In this document: piece after piece, positions 17,223 to 32,200 of the stretch
Position numbering within the stretch: the first letter of the stretch is position 1
How the letters are laid out: every line of letters begins with the position of its first letter
Source: Candidatus Hydrothermarchaeales archaeon
GTDB lineage: Archaea; Hydrothermarchaeota; Hydrothermarchaeia; Hydrothermarchaeales; JAZGAD01
DNA: 64,000 bases
Direction: 5' to 3'
Assembly (NCBI GenBank): GCA_036444275.1
Contig: JAZGAD010000014.1
Location: 8,131 to 72,130, forward strand
The notes under the pieces: generated by a model
Told to the model about the DNA's origin: nothing
The model's input: the letters and a program-made list of their open reading frames with translations, nothing else
Databases searched by the model: none
Position numbers and translations under genes: made by a program

Positions 17223-20200
17223 ATGAAGTTTAAACCTCCCAGTAGGATATTGGCAGCATGGATATTACCATTTATACTAGCTTTAGCTATCTTTAGTTCT
17301 TTATTACAACCTTCTAGTAGTATTACTATACTAAACCCTAATGCTCATCCAAAGCTAGGGGACAACTGGAGCATCCACTTTTCTACCACAGGCTCTGGTA
17401 TTCTGGAGATCTACGACCACTCCTTCCCAGAGGAAGTCGAGTTCATCGGCTTGTACGCCGAGATAGACGATGAGTACAAGAAGGTCCAGGTGAGCATCAA
17501 AGGAGACTTGATAACTGCTAACTGGCACTACTCCTCTGGTGAAGCGATCTTCAAGGTTCTAACACCTCAGGAGCATTCTCTCGAGTTCAGGTTTGGAGAG
17601 CAGGTGGTCTATGCATACAACTTCGCTGACCTGCTTATCAACCTGACTGCTCCGTCTCAAGTCGCCAGGGGGCAGGTTATTGAGATTGGCGGTGAGGCAA
17701 GGAATCACGACTTGGCAGATGTCTCCTTGATCTATGTCTTGCCACAGGGCTTCGAGGTTGTTTCAGGCGAGAAGGTGAAGCACTGTGGAACCGGTTATCT
17801 TTGCGAGAGCAGTTTGGTTGTGGATACCTCTAAGGCAAAGCTTGGAGAAGGCGTAATAAAGCTCCAGGGATGTGCCTACGGCGTATGTGAGAGCGAGAGC
17901 ATTAACATCTTTGTGGATCGGGTGCTGACTGAGAAGGGGGAGCCTGTGCAGGAAGAGGTAGAGGTAGGCAAGCCTGTGCGCTGGAGGCAGCACATCCAGG
18001 TTAGGAATCCCCTGCATGCTCCTGTTTTCAATTATTCTCTGCCCCTGCCAGAGGATGCGTCTGGTATTGCTGCGCCGGTTATTGAGGAAGTTAAGCCTGG
18101 ACAGAAACTAGGCTTCGACGTGATATTCTACACCGGGCCAGTGGAAGTAGAAGAAGAAGATCGTAACATTTCCCTGCGTTCTCTGATTCCAAAGAATGCC
18201 TTGAACATAAAGATAGATGGGAAGGTAGCTGACGCGGGCGCTCTAGATATTGAAATACCTGCTAAATTGGTTCGAGTGAAACATAATGCTTCGTTGCACT
18301 ACCGCGATATACCTGTAAGCATAGGCGTTTCAACGAAAGAGGTGACAGTATTCTATGATGCCAATGCCGGGGTGCTGGATGTTAACTCTGGTCAGCTAGA
18401 AGTTGTGGAGGGCGAGGTTTTGGGAGATCAGCTGACTTGGGTTGTGCCCAAGCTCTCTGAGAAGAGGTATTGGATAGCGCAGGTTCAAAGGACTCAAGGT
18501 AAGGCAGAAGTGAATAAGACTGTTGGTTGGACTCTGAAAGCCGGCGGTACAGTTGTCGAGTACGAGACGCCTGCGCCTGTTATGGAGGAGATACCGGTAG
18601 AGAATGGCACCCAGATGAGGGTTAAGAGCGATGTAAAGTACTCCAATGTAACTGCAACGGCTAGTGTTCCAGAGGGAAAGAATCGCACGTTACGCGTAAA
18701 TGGGAAAGGGGAGTTTAAGTTTGCAGATGTGCCGAGCTTTGAGGTTGAGGCTACTGAAACGGGCCATGCTCTCTATTGGCTCAATGGAAGTGTAGAGCTC
18801 TTCAACGAGAGCAGGGATGTAACTAGCGATTCCGCGCATTCAGTTAGCTTCTTTGACGCTAACGGCAATGGCGTAAATGACAGCGTAACTTGGAACATAC
18901 CCACCCTTTTGGAGCAAAATTACCTATTACAAGAGACAGCAAAGGTAGCGGAGATTCGAGCACGAGTCGAGGATGCCAAGGGCTATAGATTGCCGGTTGC
19001 TCCTGAGATCAGGCTTGTCGACGGGAAGTATAAAGTAACGATCCCGCAGGGCAGGGGGGTAAAGCCTGGGTTATACAAGCTCGTCGTTGAATCGGAGGCT
19101 GGTGTAGAGGAGCTGTGGTTTAAGTGGGGACTGATATCGATAAACACCAAGAAGAGTATGTATCATCCTGGCGAAGAAGCTGAGATACTAATGGTTGTAC
19201 TGGACAAGGAGGGCCATCTCGTCTCTAACGCGGACGTCTCTTTTGTAGTTACTAATCCGATTGGTGTGCCTACGTTCTTCACGACGGACGATGGTTCGAT
19301 CGTTGAAACTCAAAGGGGAATATACGAAGCAAGCTATCTAACTTTTCTGGAAAGCAATTATTCGCTCTTTGCCACTGCTAGTGCAGATGGGGTGGCAAGC
19401 ACTATCAATTCATATTTCACAGTCAAGGAGTACTACGAGTTCGATATCCTAAGGGATACACCAGTGACCATTGATCCTCAAAGAGGACCCTTTGATTCCT
19501 CTATAAAGGTGGTTTCATATACCGATGCATCTACTTTCACCCTGAGGGAATACTTACCGGCAGAATTTTCGATAGTTGATGCGGGCGGAGCTAAAGTTAC
19601 TGTCGTCAACGACACGAAAGTATTGGAATGGAGCGATATTACCAATGGTTCAAAGGTTAGCTACAAGTTCAACACTCCTTACATCTGGCCTTACCTCTAC
19701 ATGATGGGACCGGCGGAAGTGGAGTATGCTTCTGGCACGTTTATAGAGGCAAGGCCGTGGATGCTGGCGGTTGATCCCTCAACTTGTGAAGGTAATACGT
19801 GCTATGAATGGTTTGAGGATACGCCGGGATATAGTGCTTCTGATGGTAGTACAGAAACTTATGAATGGACACCTCAGTCGTGTCCTGGGACATTAAACTG
19901 TTATATCCAAAATATCACGGTTAAGTTTAGGTTTACGAATCCATTTTCAGCGATCCGAACTGGGTTCGAAATCTATTTTAGCAACATGTCTGGGGGAACA
20001 ACGTATTATTACCCAGCATATCATGGGGCACTAAGTGCAGGAGGCCAAGTTGGTCCACAGTGGGCGTGTAACTATACTGACAGTGCACAACCCTCAGGGT
20101 ATTTAAATAACACCTGCAACTTAGCGCCGAGTGACGGATTTAACAAAACTACCCATAATGTAACTCTTGTTGCGCCGGGTAAAACCTTAACAGATGTATT

Positions 20201-23200
20201 AAACATAAAATACAAATGGGTCTGGACTCCAGCAATGCCACAATTGAGCGATGTAACCGTCACGCCTTCTTCCGCTGGTTGGGGAGCCCTCCGGAACTTC
20301 TCAGCATTTTACACAGACCCACAAGGCGACGCAGGCAACGTGACATTGTTCGCGAAGACCTCAACTAGCGGCTCCTTCACCTCCAAAAATCTGACAGCCA
20401 TCACAAACGGTACGACCGCGTCGATATTTTACCGTTTTGACATCACCGACTTCGAAGCGCTCGGCGTCGGGTGGGAGTACAGGCTTAACGCATCTGACAA
20501 TAATACTCCACCAAACTCCTACCTGACCAGTTCCTACACATTCACTGTCACCAAGGATGCCACCACCTTCCAGAACACAGAAGGCGACGGTGCCGTAATC
20601 AACCGCAGTGACTCTCTTCCAAACAATACTGTCCCTCTCTGGTCTTACATCTACGATATGGAAAATGAGAGTCTCGCACGTGCTAATTCCGCCGCAGGAA
20701 AAATAGAGGGGAGAATATGGATTAACAAGAACGCCAGCGCCGGATACGTGGGCACGGATGCCCACAGCGCAGAGACCGACAGTGATGGTAAATTCAAGGG
20801 CACCACAGAACTCTTCAACGCAAGCGGTTATTTCAACCCTGGCTGCACTTACACCACGGGTCAGCACGTCTGGTACGCTGAGACGCTGGCCCACACAAAC
20901 TACACCCAGAACGACACCCTAGCCATCAACAGCGGCAACAACTACACGCTTTACATCTGGGGGACCCTGAGCAACTCCATAACATCGCCAGATCCACCCG
21001 GCAAAGAATATACGGTAGGCGAAAACGTGCCTCTCTACGGCACAGTCTATGATGATTGCAGTGTCCTCGTAACAGATGCAAATGTTACCTTCCGCGTGTA
21101 CAATGCTACCCTTGGAGTAGATGATAACCTAACTGCGAGCTACAACCCTCCCCAGAACCGCTACGAAGCTTCCTGGAATTCCACGGGAAATAGTACTGGC
21201 ATCTACCAGGTGGAGATGATATCTAACAAGAGTTACCACCCCGTGGACACCGCCCAGACGAACTTCACACTCGTGGAGCTGATAACACTGAACTGGACCG
21301 TGGTTCAGGGAAATGGCTCGATCAGCAACAGAACAGGTGAAGAGATTAACACCCTGGTAGTGAGGATAACCGATGACGCCACAAATCCGGTAACGAATGA
21401 GAACGCAACCCTCTGGATCACCTACGATGGGACCAACTCTATACAGAAAATCACCAACGAATCAAACAGCTCCGGATATCTCGTATATGATTTTAATGCG
21501 ACCTGCGACCTCGATGTGGGTGAGCAGGAATGGAAATTGGTTATGCAGGACACAACCGAGTTCCAAAATCCGAACTCTTGGGATGATGGAAATGAGTATT
21601 ACACGGATATATGGGGAACCACAACCCTTGATTTTGCTTATCCAATTGCCGGAATCTATGATATGGGTGGCCTGATAAGGCATGAAGGCTACGTCTACGA
21701 CGACTGTGGCAGCGAGCTTGACGGTGCGACGGTCAATTTCACCATTGTCGGGCCGTCAACCAGTCCATCTCCATATTACTGCGAAAACGTCGAGGCGCCT
21801 CTAGCAGGCTTATACAAATGTAACTCTACCGCGGGGGAAGGTTGGGACTCATCTGGAATGGACGAGGGATGGTACAACTCGACGATAAATGTATCCAAGA
21901 GTTACCACTACAACAACAGCGTGATAAAGACCAATGGAACCCAGTCTCTCTTCAACCTCCGGCTTACACCACCTGACCTGTTCGACGCGGATGTCCAACC
22001 CAGAAAAGACGGCTGGGGCAAAAACTACACCTTCGCGGTTAACATCACCTATGCGGCTGGAAAAAACGTTAGCGTACTCCTGTACTATCAGCCCCAGTTG
22101 ATGGAAGAAGAGCTTCTTGCATCCACCGGAAACTTTACCCTACCCTCATATACATATGCTGTCAACTTCACCGATCAGACCTTTAACTCGACTCTGGTTG
22201 ATAAGACTGTCAAATTCAGGTATGAGATTAAATACTATCCACCCGGTCTGGGTGAACAGAGCGTCTGGACGACAATAACCGAGACGGGAGACTACAACCA
22301 GTCTAATACTACGGGTGTGGATGACAACGAGTTCTATTTGGAGAAGGATGATGTTCTCCTGAATTATTCTGCTGGGAATGAGTCCACCGCAAGCCTCCAG
22401 GTAGAAGCGACTTTTGTACTCCGCATCTGGGATATAACTCGGGGTGTCTGGATTAACGCGACCTCTACTTCTGTGAAGTTCAACGTAACTAAGAACTGGC
22501 CGAGTTCTGAAAATGTGACGGTGAATACTACGACGACGAATGCGACTGGCTATGCTTTTACGGATTTCTTGCCTGACACGAGCTACAGCTCGGGATTGCA
22601 GAAATGGTTCGGATATATCCCGGATACTGATCCCTATTACAAATTCAATGTCTCTGATATCTTTGATGTTAATCTTTCTATTCATCCACCGCAGCTCGTC
22701 AATGCCTCGGTGGATAAGACGACGGCTGGTTGGGGTGTGAATCGCACCTTCAGTGTAGAGGTAACTGATACTGTGGACAACGCCACCGTAAGCCTCTGGA
22801 AGACTGATACAAGTGGATTCGTAGCAGATACAAACTGGACTTTCATAGCTGCGAAGAATTATACGGATGTCGGCAACTGGACGCAGCTTAACTTCACCAC
22901 TAGCTTTTCACCGTCGGATATTGGGGGCTGGTATTACAAGTTCAACGCGAGCGACATCGCTGGAAACACCAATTATACTAGCGAGTCTTCCTATACTTTC
23001 ACCGTCGACAAGGACGATGTTATCTTGGAGTACGTCCAGGGAGATGATTCCCCAGCGAATAGGTCTGACAATCAAATCGACCGCTTGATCGTAAAGGTGA
23101 AGGATGAGAATGGCTCGTACATCGGTAATCTTAGTGTGACTTTCAAGGTGACCTTTGATGGCTCTATCTATGATACGGGTACGGCGAACAATACGAATAC

Positions 23201-26200
23201 CTCCGGCTACGCGATCTACAACTTCAATCCCGGATGCAGTAGTCCAAAGTACGGGGTGGGTGTGCAGAACTGGACCGCGGTGAGCTCGGAAACGAATGCC
23301 TATAAGTCCAATTCATCTTCTATTTACAACCTCACAATATGGGGTGATAACGTCATCACTTTCGATAGGCCTGCCCCGTATCCGACTGGCTATTACGCTG
23401 TAGGTGATAGGGTGCCCTTCCGGGTCCTCATTAAGGATGAATGCGGCGATGAATTAGGGAAAAATGAAGACTCGGATAAGGAGGTGAAGTTTTATGCTAT
23501 AGGCCCGGATACTTCGCCGCAGACATATGACTGTGGAACTGTCTCCTCTAGTCTTACCGGTCTCTATGAATGTGAGAGCGCTGCTGGCGGTTGGAACACT
23601 ACAGGAAAGTCTGCGGGAGACTATAATGCTACTGCGGACGTATCTCTCGCTTATTACTACATCAACAACTCGATAAACAATAGGATCGTACCGGAACGTG
23701 ATAACCTCACTCTGGCATCTGGTTCCGGTTGGTTCAGGCTTTATGTTCCATCTCAGCCCCCTGATCTCACCGCTGCGGACGTTAACCCTAGGAAGGACGG
23801 TTGGGGCAAAAATCGAACCTTCTCGGTGAATGTGACAAGCCCCAAGAGCGGGAAGAACATAACTGTGGTTCTCGAGGTGAAGAAGAGCGGAGAAGATTAT
23901 GCTCAGATCGGCGATGCCCAAAACTGGACTTCAGGCGGTACCGGTAGTTCTAAGATCCTTGAATGGAATGTCTCCTTTTATCCGGCGAATGTCTCTGTCT
24001 TACCCTACAAATTCAAGTTCACTGCGACCGATGAGGATTTGGAAGAAGATGTGACCAACATCCCGGCCGAGTATACGAATACTACACCCCTTGAAGGCAT
24101 AGACGAGAACGAATTCAAAATCGAGAAGGACGATGTTCTCCTGAATTACACCGCTGGAAACGGGTCCCTCGTAAATCTTCAGGTAGAAGCGACTTTTGTG
24201 CTCCGTATTTGGGATATAACTCGGGGTGTCTGGGTCAACACGACCTCTGCCTCTGTGAAGTTCAATGTGACCAAGAACTGGCCGAGTTCTGAAAATGTGA
24301 CGGTGAATACCACGGCGACGAATGCGACTGGGCATGCTTTTACGGATTTCCTGCCTGACACGAGCTATAGCTCGGGATTGCAGAAATGGTTCGGATATAT
24401 CTCGGATACTGATCCCTATTACAAATTCAATGTCTCTGATATCTTTGATGTTAATCTTTCTATTCATCCACCGCAGCTCGTCAATGCCTCGGTGGATAAA
24501 GAGACGGCTGGTTGGGGTGTGAATCGCACCTTTAGTATAGAGGTGAGAGATACAGTGGATAACGCCACATTGAGCCTCTGGAGGTCAAGCCAGATTGTTG
24601 GCCAACCTTGGTATCTCATAGCTGAGAAGAATTATACTGATGTGGGAAATTGGGTTCAACTGAACTTCACCACCAGCTTTTCACCGTCCCTTATAGATAC
24701 GTGGTATTACAAGTTCAACGCGAGCGACATCGCAGGAAACACCAACAGCACGGATGTTGTATCCACGCGTAACTTCACTATCGATAAGGACGACGTCATC
24801 TTGGAGTATGTTCAGGGAGATGATTCTACAGCGAATAGGTCTGGCAATCAAATCGATCCCTTGATTGTGAAGGTGCGGGATGAGAATGGCTCTTATGTCG
24901 GTAATCTTAGTGTGACTTTCAAGGTGACTTATGATGGCTCTAACTACGATAGTGGTACGCCGAAGGATACAAATGGCTCTGGATATGCGATCTACAACTT
25001 TGACCCTGTTTGCACTCCAACAAAGTATCAGGTGGGTGTGCAGAACTGGACAGCGGAAGTCTTAGAGACGAATGCCTACAAGTCGAACTCGTCTTCTATC
25101 TACAATCTCACTGTGAGGGCTGAGTTCAACAACACCATTACTAAGCCGCCGGGAAATGAGAACTATACTTTGGGTGATACCCTTACCTTCCAAGCAGTTA
25201 TCAGGGATGACTGCAACGATAACCTTGACGGGGTAACAGCCAACTTCTATGCCTCCAATGCCACCGTTGAGTATGACTGCGGCAATGTAACACTCATCCT
25301 CTCGGGAACGGGTATATACGAATGTACGTGGGCATCTGGTTTAGCAGAGGAGGGATGGTACAATGTAACATTGAACACTACCTTGGGCAACTACCACTAC
25401 TACAGCGATACCACGAAGTACGATCAACCCGGTCTCTTCTACCTGTTGTTTAAGGAACAACCCCCTGATCTAAACTCGGCTAATGTTACTCCTAGGAAGG
25501 ATGGCTGGAGTCTCAACAGGACTTTCACGGTCAACGTAACAAGCCCCAAGAACGGGAAGAACGTCACCGTATGGCTAGAGTTGAAGAAGGGCGGAGGCTC
25601 CTACAACCCCGAGGGTGACGAGCAGAACTGGACTTCAGGCGGTCCCGGTAGTTTCAGCATCCTCGAATGGAACATTTCCTTCTCCTCAACTGATGTTGAC
25701 CTCTGGTTCTTCAAATTCCAGGCTAAGGATGCGGATGGGGTGACGGATACTACCTCTTTGACCGAGTCTGGCGATTATGTCAATGATACTAACGAGTTCA
25801 ACGTCGAGAAGGACGATGTGAATATATCCTACATCTATGGAAACGAAACCGAGATCGCGACCTTATCCAACCCGTCTACCTTCATACTTAAGATTTGCGA
25901 CGAGGACGCAAACACATGCAACCTGACACCCAGTGCGAAGGTCAAGTTCAACGTGACCAAAGATGGTATTGGAACCGATTACTACGCCGCACGTGGTACG
26001 GATGGGAACGATTATAACTACACCAACGGCACTGGACATGTGGTCTTCGAGTTCCTTCCAGATACTAGCTGGAATTCGACTAAGCAGAGCTGGATCGGCT
26101 ATGTTGTTGATGACTACTACAACTTCACCACGTCAGGCACCTACAATGTCACAGTGGATTTGAATAAGAATCCGGACATCCTAAACGAGACCGTGAACGG

Positions 26201-29200
26201 TGTAACAGAGGATGCTAAACAGGGATGGGGATTCGTCTTCAACTTCTCGGTCATGGTCAAGGACGACAAGAACACCAATACAACCGTCGAGCTGTGGGTG
26301 GATACTGCCAACACCACTGGTAGTACATACAAGAAGGTGAACGAGACCCTATGCGAGAGCTGTGGCTCTGATTGGAAAGAGATCAATCTCACCGTCAGGT
26401 TCAACAGCAGTGACATCGGTCCTGCATCCTACTACTTCAAGGCCATCGATAATACCTCGAACCCGAACCAGACTACCTCCCACGCCTTCACCATAGAAGA
26501 AGACGAGGTAACATTCGAGGTAAGCCCAGGTAGCAATGGGACGAATGTTATAGTCAACAGGAGCGCTGCCCAGGGGAACCTCCGATTGGCCGTCAGATTA
26601 AGGGATGAGAACACCAGCTACGTCGGCGCCAACGCTTCTACAACGCTCTACGTAACCACCTCCGGCTCTACCTTTGATTCCGGACGCGACATAGACACGA
26701 ACGCCTCTGGATATGTAAACTATGATTTCCTGCCCACATGCAGCAACCCAGAATACGAAGTCGGACTGCACAACTGGTACGTCAAGGTAAAGGATAGTGA
26801 TTCCCTTTATCAGCCCAATCAATCAGAGTACTACGTCTTCAGAGTGATAGGTACTCTCAGCAACACCATAACCGAGCCCTTGGGCAGCCCCACCTACAAC
26901 CAGTGGCAGACGATACTTCTCGAAGGCAATGTGTATAACTACTGCGGAGAGGGCATAGAGATCAACAACACTTTGGCAGGCGAGAACCTCACCTTCACCC
27001 TCATCAACGGCACAAACAACTATACGTGCACAGACATCGTTAAAAGCGGTGTCAATACCTACAAGTGCTACTGGGCTCCCTTCGCTTCCAATGCCATCCG
27101 CGGATGGTACAACCTGAACATGTTCTCCAACAAGTCAGGTTACTACGCCAACGAGACGACTCGGCTCAACTCTTTCTACCTGCAGACACCGCCAAAGCTA
27201 GAGGATGCAAAGGTAGACCCAACGGATGAGGGCTGGGGCTACACCTTCAACTTCTCGGTTAATGTAACTGATAACATCGACGACAACGTAACAGTAACGT
27301 TCTACGACAAGCGATCAGGGGATGAATCTTGGACCCTAGTAAGTGAGCAGAACTGGACAGCGGATGGAACTACAGGAAGGCTGTACTGGAACAAGAGCTA
27401 TGCCTCCACATATGCCGGCGAAACAATGTATTTCAAATTCGACGCAGACGATACAGAGGGCTTCGACGACACCATAGGAGGCGTGGGTGAATCTTGGGAG
27501 TTCAAACTCAGAAAGGATGATGTCGAGCTATTGTACATTCAGGGCAACGAGAGTGTGGTGGACCGCTTAGGTGCCCAGACAACTAGGTTCATACTGTATG
27601 CGAATGACACTGATCGCGCTGCACAGGCATATCCTCCGGCTGCTACGGTCTACTTCAACGTAACAAAGGATTGGGAAAACTATACCGCTGCCACCAATCT
27701 AACCGGGCAAAACTACAACTACACTAATGCCTCTGGCTACGTAACCCTCGACTTCAATGCGACCTGCGAGCAAAACGTGGGCAAGCAGAAGTGGATAGGC
27801 TATATCCTCAACGACGACGCCTACAAGGACAATGTTTCAGCTGAATTCAACGTCACTGTAGTCGGCGACTTAATCAACAACATCACCCAACCGGATGGAG
27901 AAGAATACAACCAGACGGATCCCGTGCCGCTAAGGGGTAGGGTTACTGACGAGTGCGGCAATTCCATCCTCGGAATAAACGACACGGTCACCTTCACTGT
28001 GTCCAACGGCACCGCGAACTATCTCTGCACCCCCGTGGAGGACCAGGGCAATGGCTACTACAACTGCACCTTCGACACAAACCTCAGCATGGCCCCGGGC
28101 TGGTACAACATCACCATGAACTCATCGGCCGGAGATAACTACAACAACGCCACTCTTACCAAGCAGGCCTTCAGGCTCACCCCCGGGAACGTAGAACCCT
28201 ACCTGAGCGATGCCCAAGTAACCCCTGCCAGCGAGGGATGGGGGATCACCAGGAACTTCAGCGTGGAGGTTATGGACCTTAACAGTGACGACGTCAACGT
28301 TATATTGTTCCTTTCGCCGGACGGCACAAACTGGGTTGAAATAGGAAACGACACGTGCCCGGGCTGCAGCAACTGGCAGACGCTGACCTTCCCCTACAGC
28401 TTCTCGAGGGAAAACTACTCCACCAACAACACTTGGCAGTTCAGGTTCAACGCAAGCGACGGGAATGTAACCGTAACCCTGTCGAACACAACGGGCGCGA
28501 TCCTTGAGAGGGACAACGTGAGCGTAGTCCTCGATCAGGGAGACGGGGCGATAGTGAACAGGTCGGGAGATCAAACGGTAAGCCCAATCCTGAGACTCCA
28601 GGTGGTGGACAACGACAACTCCAGCATCACTGTGGCCGCCGATGTGACCGGGCGGTTCTACGTAACAGTGGACAATTCCAGCTGGGGCTCCGCCATCAAC
28701 AAAAACACCACTACAGGAGGGAACCTGAGCCTCGACTTCAACCCGAACTGTACCTCTCCAAAGTACTATACCGGCGTCCAGCAGTGGAGGGGGGAGACGA
28801 ATGGAGATTTCTACTACGACGACAACTCCTCCATCAATTATACTTTGTATATATACGGGGAGCTCATCGCCACCATCGACCAGCCCAACGGGACACAGAC
28901 CTACGCCCCGGGGCAGAACGTGACGATGGAGTTCAACGTGGTAGACGAATGCGGCGACAACGTTACGGGCATGACTCCCCAAAACTTCACCGTTAACCTG
29001 ACCCACAGCAACTACAGTGACCTCTGTACAAACATCCAAGTAGTAGGGAACGGCTCGTACAACTGCACATGGAACTCCAGTGGTGCCGTCGGCGGGAACT
29101 ACACCATCGCTATCGACCTAGGGAAGGACTACTACAACTCCAACTCAACTACGAGGCAGGACGCCTTCTCCATCAACGTTGCCCCTACTCTGGAGAACGT

Positions 29201-32200
29201 GGGCGTTGATCCCACCTCCAACTACTGGGGAACCACCTTCACCTTTAACGTCACCGTCACCGACGAGGATGATACCGTTACCCTAAAGCTCTGGCATCGC
29301 TGCATATCCTCTTTGGGAACGAGCGACAGCTGCGACAGCATTAGAGACTGGACCCAGGTGGATACGACCGAGACCTGCCCTGACTGCACAGCTGAGCTAA
29401 GGCAGTTTACAAACACAACGGGCGACACATCTGTCGGCATATGGGAGTGGTTCATAAACGCAACCGACCAGGACGGGAATGAGGTAAACACCACTCCAGA
29501 GAACTACACCGTGACCAAGAGGGGCGTGATCATTTCTTACAACAATAAAGGAAACAATTCGTGGGTCAACAGGTCCGACAACAACGTGACCGTTCTCGAG
29601 GTGAGGATGAGGGATGCAGAAAACCCGACAGGATGGTTGACATCCTCAGATGGAAACGGCTTTTACAGGGTGACTACCAATGGCTCGAATTGGGGTCCGA
29701 ATATGACAGGCGCACAGCTCGACTCGCAAGGACGCCTCAAGGGCCCGGGTGGCGCTGACTTCGAGTTCGACCCAACTTGCACCTCACCCACGTACCAGAC
29801 AGGCGAGCAGAAGTGGTCCGCCGTGTTCAATGGGACCAAGAAGTACTACTACAACGAGTCTGCCAATTACACCCTGTATATACGGGATTATCTGATTAAT
29901 AATATCACCTATCCCGACGGGGAGCCCTTTGATAAAAACACATATATGGACCTGAACGGCACGGTTGTGGACTCCTGCGGCGGGGTGGACAACTCCACGG
30001 CCAACGTGGTCTTTGGCTTCATCCGGAACTTAACAGGCGCATCAGTACCACCTTCCTGCGGGGCTCCGACCAATCCGAGCGGCGGCAATTATACCTGCAA
30101 CGAGTCTCTCGCCAACGATAATTTCGGCTACTATCACGTCTGGATGAACACCACCGTTAACGACTACCCGTACCATCCAAATATCACCCTCTATAGGGAA
30201 TTTGTCTTCAAAGTAGCGGCCACACCCGAGCTCAAAGACCCTGTAGTTGCCCCGACCCTTCAAGGCTGGGGGTACAACTTTGCCTTCAACGTGAGCTACA
30301 GGGATAACGAAGACCTTTCAGGGGAGAACAACAATATATCCCTCTACAAGGCCTACAACCAGAGCGGACCCTGGTACCTCATAGAAACTAAGAACGAGGA
30401 CTACTGGACCACCACCTTTAAAAACATCACCTACTACTCCACCTTCAACAAGAGCGACCTCGATAATGCAACGGCGGCAGATGGGGTCATATACTTCTTC
30501 TTCAACGCAACGGATACCAACAGCTTCACCGACAACACCACCGTAAAGAATTTCACCATCGAGAGGGACAACGTCACCGTAGTTGCCACAAGCGGTGAAG
30601 GGGAGAACGTGACGAGGCTCGGTTCGGGTACCATCCTCCTACAGGTTCAGATAAACGATAATGACACCGCGGGTCAGCCGGCTGTGGCAGGCGCTAATGG
30701 CAGTATCTTCATAATCGGAGTAAATAAAACCACAAACATTACCGATGCAAGCGGCTACCTCTCTTACAACCTGAATCCAGGATGCTCCCCGCTTTATCCG
30801 GCAGGTCTCAATTACTGGACGGGCGGAATAGACGGAGATGCGTATTACTTCGACAGAAATTCATCGCCAAACTCCAACTTCACAGTGATCGGCCAGCTCT
30901 ACAACAACCTCACCGAGCCCTTACAACCCACTTACAACGTCACAGAGAATATAACAATAAAGTTCTACGTCACCACCGACTGCTCTGGCGAAGGGAATCA
31001 GACGGTAAGCGGAAGGACGATAACCCTCATCCACAACCAGTCAGGCGCCAATAGTTCCTGCGGCACCATAAACTACAACCCTGCAGACGCGACATACAAC
31101 TGCACATGGGATCCCACGGGAAAGCCCGAGGGCAACTACACCATAATAATCAACACCTCCAACCAGTCCTTCAACAGTGTCTCTGCTACATGGACCAATA
31201 GGTTTGAGCTTATAAACCAGCCCCCTGTTGTGGATGCAGTAAACCTCACGGTTGACCCGGATGAGGGTGGCTGGGGCGCTACCTACCTCTACAAGGTCTT
31301 CGTGGAGGATCCTGAGGGTGACGATGTGACATGCACCCTCTACGTTAACACCACTGGCTCTTGGGTCGAGAAGGGCTCTAACACTACTACAGGTGGGGTG
31401 GGTAACTGTTCCGTCACTGTGGATGGCTTTAACAAGTCGGACTACGACTACAATGTCACCCAGGCAAATCCCATCTCGTTCATGTTCGAGATAAACGACA
31501 CCGGTTCCAATGAGCCCTTCAACACTTCGGATACCGTTGGGCAGGTATATCAGCCGGCCTTGCAGGAAGACAACATCCAGATAATCCATATACAGGGTAA
31601 TAATTCCGAGGTGAATCGTTCAGGCGTGCAGGCTACGACCTTCATCCTCCTCGTGAATGACTTGGATAAGGGCACCTATCTATCGAACCCCAATGTCACG
31701 GTGAAGTTCAACATCACCACCGACGGAAGCAACTACCAGCTTGATGGGAGCAACTTTACCAACTCTACCGGATACGCGATATACAACTTCGACCCCAATG
31801 GCACTTATGACGTGGGAGTGCAGAACTGGACCGCCTTCGTTGAGGGCGATACCTACTACGCCAACAATGCGTCCGCGGTCTTCAACGTAACCATCTACGG
31901 AATCTTCGAAACCCTAGATGCGGGTCCCTTCAACTTCTCCTCAAACACCTTTGACAAGACCTATCCCAGGGGAGAGAACGTCACCATAAGAGGGAACGTC
32001 ACCGACGACAATAGCACCCTCGTGAGCGGGGCGACGGTCAACTTTACCCTCGTCAGAAACGGGGTATATTATGGCTGTATGCCACCCATCGCAAATGGAG
32101 AGGGGAACGGGAGCTACAACTGCACCTTCGAGACAGGGGGAAAGCCCGCGGGATGGTACAACCTCTCTATGAATGTCACGAAGGGTGACTTCTACTACGA

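Noticed and set aside
28122-29039. 305-aa antisense ORF inside the giant gene. Similar cases are 38091..38729, 20361..20894, 22146..22685, 24000..24467 and 31041..31589.
   Set aside because: These are V/G/R-rich low-complexity translations lying opposite a strongly biased sense frame. The complements of AAC/ACC/GAC/TAC/GGC codons rarely form stops. They are fully contained in a far better-supported ORF and show no start context or family signal.
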